Below the pieces are notes generated by a model. That model did not search any database. It saw only the letters and a list, made by a program, of their open reading frames with translations, and had not been told where the DNA came from. The translations under genes and the position numbers were made by a program. From Okeania sp. (GTDB lineage Bacteria; Cyanobacteriota; Cyanobacteriia; Cyanobacteriales; Microcoleaceae), in contig NZ_JAYKGW010000168.1 of assembly GCF_035285525.1 (NCBI RefSeq), positions 30,001 to 62,000 of the forward strand: a stretch of DNA of 32,000 nt, given 5' to 3'. Positions 25,224 to 32,000 of this stretch are shown in pieces. Every line of letters begins with the position of its first letter. Position 1 is the stretch's first letter.

Positions 25224-25299
25224 ATTTTTTATTTATTAAAAAGGATGTACTAAAGGAAAATTGGAAAGACGATTGCTGAGTTTCAAAACTCCTAAAAAT

Positions 25300-25420
25300 T
25301 ATGTAGGCTGGTTTGTTTGCGTTAGCATTGCGCAGCATGGAACGTAGCTTGCTTCTCCGTAGGAGTAACCCAACAACCATATCCCAGGTGTTGGGTTTCA
25401 CTGCGTTCTACCCAACCTAA
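25300..25420. repeat. Composite dispersed repeats including the hairpin AACCCAACA...TGTTGGGTT
   Basis: Stem arms at 25368-25376 and 25390-25398. The segment TGTTGGGTTTCACTGCGTTCTACCCAACCT is related to 14931-14968 (inverted). Confidence 0.6.
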
Positions 25421-25457
25421 ATTTTCAGCAAATTGATAACTCCCATTTATCTTCTAC

Positions 25458-25476
25458 GGGCGAATACCATTCGCCC
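25458..25476 (-). terminator. Hairpin GGGCGAAT-ACC-ATTCGCCC (dispersed GTAGGGGCGAAT-type repeat; weak terminator candidate)
   Basis: 8-bp stem, 20 nt downstream of the lipoxygenase-remnant stop. No clear U-tract. Confidence 0.3.
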
Positions 25477-25495
25477 CTACCTCATAAACTCAACC

Positions 25496-25945
25496 CTAAA
25501 TATTAATACTTTGGGGAATATTCTCTGGAAGCAGAAACTCATAAGGCATCAAACGATCCGAACTTTGATTCCTTTTATTAATAATAGTCGCTGCCACACT
25601 CAAATTTTCTTGGAATTTTGTCAACGCTGCTTGTAATTTCTTATTTTCTGGGAAATCAGAACTACGATACTTCCCTAATTTCGTATAGTGAACTGAACAC
25701 AATAAATAAAGTGTATGAATCTGACTTTGAGCTTGATTTAAAGAAGGTAAACCATCCATAAAACTTTCTCGATCTTCAATATTAGTCGGTGGCATCAGAT
25801 AATGAGCCAAAGGAAATGCGGGAACATACATCATATAAGTTTTTTGGGCAAAATTAACTGCTGCGTGTTGCGCACTGCCAGTAAAAATAATCGTCGATAC
25901 CGCTTTCAATAATATCCCACAATTTAGTAGGCGGTGCGTTAAATT
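25496..25945 (-). pseudogene. Lipoxygenase C-terminal fragment (about 150 codons), 5'-truncated
   Basis: The translation has the lipoxygenase hallmarks: IIFTGSAQHAAVNFAQ (the His/Asn iron-ligand helix), LP....A......LLCSVHY.KLG.Y, and the C-terminal PYEFLLPENIPQSINI ending in Ile. The frame is closed by a stop at 25946-25948, and only about 65 nt separate it from acs. There is no room for the ~400+ aa N-terminal and catalytic parts. Confidence 0.75.
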
Positions 25946-25973
25946 TCATTAACGCACTCTACTCAACTGTCAA

Positions 25974-25994
25974 ACTTTTGACTTTTGACTTTTA
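25974..25994. repeat. Heptamer array ACTTTTG ACTTTTG ACTTTTA
   Basis: Read directly, 18 nt downstream of the acs stop. Confidence 0.75.
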
Positions 25995-26011
25995 ACTTGC
26001 CCGTAGCGCCA

Positions 26012-27979
26012 TTACTCACCACCCCGTAACTTATCCAACACACTCCGGTCTTGCAAAGTCGAAGTATCTCCAACAATTTCCTGACCTGATGCCAAAGAAC
26101 GCAACAACCGTCGCATAATCTTCCCAGAACGAGTCTTCGGTAAATCATCCGTAAACCGAATCTCATTAGGACGAGCGATCGCTCCAATTTCCTGAACAAC
26201 GTGCTGCTTCAACTCCTTCTCCAAAGCCTCATTAGCTTGGCGCTCGCCTTCTAAAGTTACAAAAGCCACAATAGCTTCACCCTTAACCTGATCAGGTTTA
26301 CCAACAACCGCAGCTTCTGCCACAGCAGGGTGAGACACCAACGCCGATTCTACTTCCATCGTTCCCAGACGATGACCTGCTATATTAATCACATCATCAA
26401 CACGACCCATGACCCAAAAATAACCATCTTCATCTTTGCGCGCACCATCACCAGCAAAATAAATATATTCCCCATTTTTCGGGCGTAGATATTCCCAATA
26501 AGTCCGACGGAAGCGATCGTCATCACCATAAACAGTCCGCATCATTCCCGGCCAAGGATGCTTAATGACTAAGTATCCACCATCATTACCAGCAACAGCT
26601 TCTCCCTCCTGATCCACAATATCAGCAATAATACCAGGGAAAGGCTTGGTTGCGGAACCAGGTTTAGTAGGAGTAGCACCAGGCAAAGGAGTAATCATAA
26701 ATCCACCTGTTTCGGTTTGCCACCAAGTATCAACTATTGGACACCGACTGCCACCAATTACCCGATGATACCACATCCAAGCTTCTGGGTTAATGGGTTC
26801 TCCTACTGTTCCCAATAAACGTAAAGAACTTAAATTTCTAGAATAGGGATGGTGCTCTCCCATTTTCATTAATGCTCGGATCGCAGTAGGAGCGGTGTAG
26901 AAAATGGTAACACCATATTTTTCTACTACATCCCAGAGACAACCAGGATTAGACGCTCTGGGTGCCCCTTCATACATGAGGCTAGTAGCACCATTAGAAA
27001 GAGGACCGTAAACAATATAACTATGACCTGTAATCCAGCCTACATCAGCAGTACACCAATATACATCTGTTTCTTGCAAATCAAATGCCCATTTATTGGT
27101 AACGTGGCTATAAAGGTTATACCCCCCTGTGGTGTGTACTACCCCTTTTGGTTTCCCTGTTGTACCACTTGTGTAGAGGATAAATAGCATATCTTCACTA
27201 TCCATCGGTTCTGCTGGACATTCCCCAGAAACGCCTTGCTGCAAATCGTGCCACCAATGGTCGCGTCCTGGTTCCATCTGAATTTCTTGAGCAGTGCGTT
27301 TCACAACTAGGACATTTTCTACGGTGGGAACACCTGCTGCTAATGCTTTGTCTACTTGTTCTTTGAGCGGAACAATAGCATCTTTACGCCAACCACCATC
27401 GGCTGTGACGACTAATTTGGCCTCAGCATCAACCAGACGGTTTTTCAGAGCATCTGCACTAAAGCCACCAAAAACTACTGTATGGGGTGCGCCTATTCTG
27501 GCACAGGCTAACATGGCGATCGCTGCTTCCGGAATCATGGGCATATAGATACCCACGCGATCGCCTTTTTTTACTCCCAATTGTTTATATACATTTGCCA
27601 TTTGGCAAACTTCTCGATGTAATTGGGCGTATGTGAGGGTACGAGAATCTCCTGGTTCTCCTTCCCAAATTAAAGCTGCTTTATTGCGTCGCCAGGTGGT
27701 CAAGTGACGGTCTAGACAATTATAAGAAATGTTAATTTTACCATTAACAAACCATTTGGCAAATGGTGGCTGCCAATCGAGAACTTGGTCCCATTTTTGG
27801 AACCAGTCTAATTCTGTTTCAGCTAGTTCTGCCCAAAATCCTTCTGGGTCAGCTTTGGCTTTTTCGTAGAGTTCTTGGTATTGGTCTATGGTTTTAACAT
27901 GAGCTGTTTGGGAAAATTGTTCTGGTGGTGGAAAAAGACGTTCTTCTTGTAGGATTGATTCGATAGTTGATTCAGACAT
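26012..27979 (-). CDS. acs: Acetyl-CoA synthetase (acetate--CoA ligase)
   Basis: 655 aa from the ATG at 27979 ([19 protein letters not shown]...). The longer ORF to 28021 starts with a TTG. Diagnostic AMP-binding motifs are present ([56 protein letters not shown]). Confidence 0.93.
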   Translation of the reverse strand: MSESTIESILQEERLFPPPEQFSQTAHVKTIDQYQELYEKAKADPEGFWAELAETELDWFQKWDQVLDWQPPFAKWFVNGKINISYNCLDRHLTTWRRNKAALIWEGEPGDSRTLTYAQLHREVCQMANVYKQLGVKKGDRVGIYMPMIPEAAIAMLACARIGAPHTVVFGGFSADALKNRLVDAEAKLVVTADGGWRKDAIVPLKEQVDKALAAGVPTVENVLVVKRTAQEIQMEPGRDHWWHDLQQGVSGECPAEPMDSEDMLFILYTSGTTGKPKGVVHTTGGYNLYSHVTNKWAFDLQETDVYWCTADVGWITGHSYIVYGPLSNGATSLMYEGAPRASNPGCLWDVVEKYGVTIFYTAPTAIRALMKMGEHHPYSRNLSSLRLLGTVGEPINPEAWMWYHRVIGGSRCPIVDTWWQTETGGFMITPLPGATPTKPGSATKPFPGIIADIVDQEGEAVAGNDGGYLVIKHPWPGMMRTVYGDDDRFRRTYWEYLRPKNGEYIYFAGDGARKDEDGYFWVMGRVDDVINIAGHRLGTMEVESALVSHPAVAEAAVVGKPDQVKGEAIVAFVTLEGERQANEALEKELKQHVVQEIGAIARPNEIRFTDDLPKTRSGKIMRRLLRSLASGQEIVGDTSTLQDRSVLDKLRGGE

Positions 27980-28148
27980 CTGTTTTTTGTATTTATATTT
28001 ACGGTCAATAGTTATTGACAATTTATATAATGAACGTTAAGATATTTATTTTTCTTAAGCTACCTTTAATATTTCTCGAAGCTATCCCGACCCAATTTGC
28101 CTACCACTTAAGTGTAAATTAGTCAATAAATTTTGATTTCAAGTAATT

Positions 28149-28178
28149 AGGGAGTAGGGAGTAGGGAGTAGGGAGTAG
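28149..28178. repeat. Heptamer array (AGGGAGT)4
   Basis: Read directly. Located upstream of acs. Confidence 0.8.
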
Positions 28179-28289
28179 TTAAAAGTCAATCCGTCTTCCC
28201 ACACTTCACACTTTCCACACTCTGCTTTTTCAGCAAACCCTAATTAATTCCTAAAATTGAAAATTAAACGCTACAATATTAAACTATTC

Positions 28290-28370
28290 AGGACTTACCC
28301 AAAAACTAAGTTAATTGACTACATTTTTTTTAAACTACAATAAATATCTTGTTTAAGTGCGTAAGTCCTG
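28290..28370. mobile_element. MITE-like element, AGGACTTAC... family, with a divergent interior
   Basis: Termini are AGGACTTACCCA and TGCGTAAGTCCT. Confidence 0.65.
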
Positions 28371-28429
28371 TTATTGTATAAAATGTTTTAAACATTTATT
28401 TTAAGATGGGTCTGATGCTAGGAGGATGA

Positions 28430-29125
28430 TTGCAAGCAAGAGAAATCGAGCCTAAGCTAAAACAACTTAGCCGTCTTGCCTGGTCAACTGAACCTGCGTT
28501 AGCCCAGAGGTTAGAAGAAGTTAGGCGCTGGATTAAGGACATTAGACCAGGCTTACTGACAAACAAAGGTGTTTTAGTAGGATTTTTGTTAGAATTAATT
28601 AAGGATGGAGAATTTTGGTTAAAATTACAATCATTAACAAACGAAGAAAGAGAAATATTTTTACAACATCTACCGTCCCCAGTTATATATTGGTATGAAA
28701 ATCTTTTTCCCAAATGGTTTAATGAAAATGATCATAAATTTTATATATGGAAACAGAAATTAAGATCTGGAGAGTTTAGCCAAGAAGATGCTGAACTAAT
28801 AGAATCTATTGCCCATCAGATTAAAAGTCGCAATGGTTGTGTTGTACATCGTTACATTGCAGATTTGTCTATGGCAACAGATGTGATTGTGAGTAGTAGC
28901 ACAGGCAAGCCTCTCTGTGTTCAACTTACTACTATGTCCGGAGAACTTTCCGAAGATAAGTACAAAGAGTGGAAAGATACATTAAAGCAATGGGAGATTA
29001 GACGAGGTATTTTTGTTAGCTATAATCCCAGTCAGGAGCGTTCTGTTGCGAAATTAGTAAATCTGGTTCTGCATAATAGCAATCATTTAAAGGAGGCTAA
29101 ATACATTAAATTTTGTTTTAGATAG
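28430..29125 (+). CDS. Hypothetical protein, 231 aa, no family recognised
   Basis: TTG start at 28430, preceded by GGAGG (28421-25) and an in-frame TGA. It is the longest ORF in the region. No motif I can name with confidence; see findings. Confidence 0.55.
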   Translation: MQAREIEPKLKQLSRLAWSTEPALAQRLEEVRRWIKDIRPGLLTNKGVLVGFLLELIKDGEFWLKLQSLTNEEREIFLQHLPSPVIYWYENLFPKWFNENDHKFYIWKQKLRSGEFSQEDAELIESIAHQIKSRNGCVVHRYIADLSMATDVIVSSSTGKPLCVQLTTMSGELSEDKYKEWKDTLKQWEIRRGIFVSYNPSQERSVAKLVNLVLHNSNHLKEAKYIKFCFR

Positions 29126-29154
29126 GAATTTGATTGTCAACTTCCATAAAACCT

Positions 29155-29203
29155 AGGACTTATGCACCTCAACCAAAAAATCGACTTTTGGCTTAAGTCC
29201 TGA
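29155..29203. mobile_element. Short (49 bp) AGGACTTA...TAAGTCCT element
   Basis: Termini are AGGACTTATGCA and GGCTTAAGTCCT. Looks like a minimal or internally deleted family member. Confidence 0.55.
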
Positions 29204-29252
29204 AATCTTGATTTTTGAACAAAATTATACATATTAACAGTAGGCATCATAT

Positions 29253-29513
29253 ATGATAACAACTAGCACAGCTCTATCAAATAAAGAACGTTTAGAAAAA
29301 GCTTGGCAAGCTTTCCAAGCTGTCCAACAGTTACAAGAAGATCGATTAGCTTGGGGAATTAATCATGTTAATTTATATGTAGAAAATGTTGATGGAGATT
29401 GGCTGGAAAATTGGGGTGAAGATGAGGAAGAAGAATTAGGTGAAAAGCTAATGATGATTAAGGAGTCGGGAAGTAGGGGAATAGAAAATCAGAAGAGCAA
29501 CTGTGCCTCATAA
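29253..29513 (+). CDS. Small acidic hypothetical protein, 86 aa
   Basis: ATG start and an acidic run (WLENWGEDEEEELGE). No recognisable family, so its coding status is uncertain. Confidence 0.4.
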   Translation: MITTSTALSNKERLEKAWQAFQAVQQLQEDRLAWGINHVNLYVENVDGDWLENWGEDEEEELGEKLMMIKESGSRGIENQKSNCAS

Positions 29514-29602
29514 TTGTCGGACAGAATTGCTATAGGAATCCTATTTGAGTTATGCCAAAAATTTAGTTGCTTTCTAGGAAACAGGTGGGAATTTCAGTTT
29601 TT

Positions 29603-29757
29603 AGGACTAAAGCCATGAACGCTATTGGTAGGGTGTGTTTTGCATTCCGGAAAGCTTCGCTAACTCTCTGCGACATGGAAAACGGAGCATGACCTTAGGA
29701 AAAAGCGGTAGCCTAACGCACCAATACTCTATATATAGTACCTTTGCGTAAGTCCTG
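29603..29757. mobile_element. Long subfamily AGGACT... MITE, colinear with 21396-21561
   Basis: The left end AGGACTAAAGCC is degenerate; the right end is TGCGTAAGTCCT. The interior matches: GGTGTGTTTTGCATTCCGGAAAGCTTCGCT...CTCTATATATAGTACCTT. Confidence 0.7.
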
Positions 29758-30165
29758 TTTTTTTATTTACTTTTTGATTTGTCATATCAAATCCGCTGGT
29801 TACGGTTCCCGATAAATTGGAGAATAAAGTGATACCATGTCCGGTTGAATAATTAGACTTTGGTGGAAGGAAGGCAGCTATGCTGAAGCTCTTATGCCAT
29901 TTCCACCTTGATTTTATACACGCTCCCATGCTAGCGGACATGATATGATACCATCAGAAAAACGCGAAAACTCCTAGTTTTTAGAGGGTTTGAAGACCAA
30001 ACCCCTACGGTCTTAAATTCTACCAATACTAGCGGACTTGATATTATAGTTTAATTTTTCAGTAAGAATTATTAAGCGCATTGTTACAGAGAAATGGTAT
30101 CACAACCTATTTAGGATTGCTATATAAATCATAATAATTGTAAATAACACAGAATATATTAACTA

Positions 30166-30708
30166 ATGAATCATCAATATTTGCAGCAAGTTTTGTGGAG
30201 TTTGACAATATTTTTGAGTAGCTTTAATTATCAAAAATTAATCCCAAATTTGCCAGAAATTCCCACTCTTAAACTAACTTATCTTTCCCAATCAAATACA
30301 GTAGATTCACCATATAATGAGATGGAACAATCTGTATTTAATTATGTAAATCAACATCGAAATTCTCAAAATTTACCGACTCTTCAGTGGAATTATACTA
30401 TTGCTGAACAAGCAAAAATTCATGCTCAACAAATGGCTAGTGGTCAAACAACTTTTAGCAATAATGGATTTAAAGAAAGAGTAGAAATAATCAGTGAAAA
30501 AATTCCTTATAAAAGTGCGGCGGAAAACATAGCTGAAGAAGAAAAGAATGGTTATAATGATCCTGTAAGAAAAGCTGTTGTTGGTTGGATTAATAGTCCT
30601 GAGCATCGTCAAAATATGGAAGGTGACTATAATTTAACAGGTGTTGGTATTGCTCAAAGTTCTGATGGCACATATTACTTTAATCAAATGTTTATCAAAA
30701 CGAGATAA
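30166..30708 (+). CDS. CAP/SCP (PR-1-like, YkwD-type) domain protein
   Basis: 180 aa with a hydrophobic N-terminus. CAP-domain pattern present (N..R....L..L.W......A..HA..MA......H.......SAAENIA.........V..W..SP.HR.N......N..GVG.A). Confidence 0.8.
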   Translation: MNHQYLQQVLWSLTIFLSSFNYQKLIPNLPEIPTLKLTYLSQSNTVDSPYNEMEQSVFNYVNQHRNSQNLPTLQWNYTIAEQAKIHAQQMASGQTTFSNNGFKERVEIISEKIPYKSAAENIAEEEKNGYNDPVRKAVVGWINSPEHRQNMEGDYNLTGVGIAQSSDGTYYFNQMFIKTR

Positions 30709-30795
30709 ATATAGCAATCTTATGTGATTCGCGTGCAGAATTTCATTACTTTTAGAGAACAGGGAACGGGTGATAGTTTTTGATAACAGTAGAGT

Positions 30796-32000
30796 TTAGA
30801 TATCTTCAAAGAGTGGCATATAAGCATTTAATGGAGATTCTAATTCCTCAAGTAATAAAGCTATTCCGAGTATTCCTTTGTAAAGACTAAAAGGATAATT
30901 ATGAAGGAAGTCAATATTTTCTAATGCTTTAATAGCTAGTTCTTTACTTTTGATTAACCAGTATGTTTCTGAGCTATATTTATACAAGTTTAAAACTGAA
31001 TAAGCAGCTCCAGATAAACCACAGCATAAATCAGAAATTATATAACTATTTCCTAAGACATTAATTGCTGCTTTTTCTGCTAGATTCAAATAGCGATTAT
31101 TACGGAAATATTTGTCAGCTATTACCCATAAATGAATTAATCCAGCAGTACCATTACACCACCAGGGAACATATTCCAAACTTTCCCTTTTTTTACTATT
31201 AATTTTCTGTTTCCACTGCATTCCATTCTGACAATTTTCACCCATTTCCGATAATTGTTCTAGTCTTAATTCTAGAGAATTTGGTAATTCTTGTTTTGTT
31301 ACTTGACACCAATGTAAAGTTCCATAGAGTAAACCTGCCCATCCATGAGCTAAACCAAGGTAAGGAAAATTTAAACATTCTCTAATTGGTTTAAAAGTGT
31401 CAATTTCTTGCCATATTTCTGATAATATTTTGTTACCTAATTCTAAAATTGCTTGATTTTCAGGGATAATTTTCATTAGTAATGAGTAACCATTGAGAAT
31501 CCCGGCTTTACCCATATTTAATTCAATAGAGTCACATTTTATTTGAGATGTAATAACATAATTATTTACTGCCTCTTGTAAACAGGTTTCATCTCCCATA
31601 GTATGACTAATTATTGCCTGCATAAAATGAATACCTGGTTGATGATAATAAAAAGAAATTGGTTTAACTATGTCTTGATTTAAAGACAAATTTTGATTAA
31701 AAAATCCCGACTCATTGTGACATTGACTTAAGGCTTGATTATTCCATAAATCTGCAATTGATAAAAGTTCTGGATTATCCCGAATACAAGATAATCTATA
31801 GAGAAAATAAGCTGTTCCTGCTGCACCAAAAACAATGTTTGCTGTGGGCGCTCTATGCAAATTTGTCAAAGTTTCAGTAGTAAGATTACTACTGATTTGA
31901 TGAATAATATTGGCTAATTTTTGTCGATTAATATGAATACTAGGAGATAGATTTTTATTTTCGGAAATTTTTGGTTTTTCTGTGATTTTTTCTAAGTCTT
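30796..32000 (-). CDS. LanC-like (lanthionine cyclase) domain, the C-terminal part of a larger protein that continues past the window end
   Basis: The frame has no stop from 31869 up to base 32000, and the listed 'M' at 31869 is a TTG. LanC motifs appear in order: GAAGTAYFL, GKAGIL, GLAHGWAGLLYG, WWCNGTAGLIH, LCCGLSGAAY, YKGILGIALLL. Confidence 0.8.
   Translation of the reverse strand, partial: DLEKITEKPKISENKNLSPSIHINRQKLANIIHQISSNLTTETLTNLHRAPTANIVFGAAGTAYFLYRLSCIRDNPELLSIADLWNNQALSQCHNESGFFNQNLSLNQDIVKPISFYYHQPGIHFMQAIISHTMGDETCLQEAVNNYVITSQIKCDSIELNMGKAGILNGYSLLMKIIPENQAILELGNKILSEIWQEIDTFKPIRECLNFPYLGLAHGWAGLLYGTLHWCQVTKQELPNSLELRLEQLSEMGENCQNGMQWKQKINSKKRESLEYVPWWCNGTAGLIHLWVIADKYFRNNRYLNLAEKAAINVLGNSYIISDLCCGLSGAAYSVLNLYKYSSETYWLIKSKELAIKALENIDFLHNYPFSLYKGILGIALLLEELESPLNAYMPLFEDI

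Noticed and set aside
25204-25636. ORFs of 65 aa (-) and 67 aa (+)
   Set aside because: They cover dispersed repeats and hairpins between the pentapeptide gene and the lipoxygenase remnant, or run antisense to that remnant.
25963-26199. 78-aa minus-strand ORF
   Set aside because: It is an alternative frame overlapping the 3' end of acs and the heptamer array. acs accounts for the coding signal.
28396-28713. 105-aa minus-strand ORF
   Set aside because: It is antisense to the longer 231-aa ORF, which has a Shine-Dalgarno-like GGAGG. Its own start lies inside that gene with no ribosome-binding context.
29253-29513. The 86-aa acidic ORF as a lanthipeptide precursor for the nearby LanC-like enzyme
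   Set aside because: It has no Nif11/NHLP-like leader and no Gly-Gly cleavage motif, and only one Cys. It is on the opposite strand and separated from the enzyme by a MITE and the CAP gene.
29729-29941. 70-aa minus-strand ORF
   Set aside because: It ends within a MITE terminus and spans the CTAGCGGAC repeat unit. No coding features.
30373-30612. 79-aa minus-strand ORF
   Set aside because: It is antisense to the well-supported CAP-domain gene.
1-32000. tRNA, rRNA, tmRNA, RNase P RNA or group I/II introns
   Set aside because: No T-loop (GGTTCGAATCC-like) or rRNA-like conserved blocks were seen on either strand. This was an eye scan only, so a tRNAscan/Infernal run would be needed to exclude small RNAs formally.

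Overview
AT-rich chromosomal DNA that looks like a heterocyst-forming (Nostocales-type) cyanobacterium. The evidence is 11 copies of the HIP1 octamer GCGATCGC, many heptamer (STRR-like) tandem arrays, and cyanobacteria-typical gene content. This assignment is by eye, with no database search. Gene order: PIN/TRAM protein 3' end (+); a 2378-aa TamB/DUF490-type protein (-); deoC (-); rpsU (-); ferredoxin-MBL hydrolase (-); DUF4335-like Pro-rich protein and a likely DUF3038 partner (-); a frameshifted HNH endonuclease remnant (+); DUF1565/beta-helix/SPOR-like secreted protein (-); a 1.7-kb ORF-free repeat field; thiE-thiS (+); GTPase-DUF697 and a pentapeptide-repeat membrane protein (-); a lipoxygenase C-terminal remnant (-); acs (-); two orphan hypothetical genes (+); a CAP-domain protein (+); and a LanC-type cyclase domain (-) that runs off the right edge. 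No tRNA, rRNA, CRISPR array, transposase or recognisable defence gene was seen. Almost every intergenic region is built from small dispersed repeats: MITE-like elements with defined inverted termini, GC-rich hairpin units and heptamer arrays. Some of these repeats reach into coding sequence. No single compelling novel system stands out. The best candidates are the LanC-like domain with a Cys-Cys-Gly zinc motif at the window edge, the pentapeptide-membrane/GTPase-DUF697 pair, the repeat-bracketed orphan genes at 28.4-29.5 kb, in-frame repeat insertions in tamB, and stop codons supplied by heptamer arrays.
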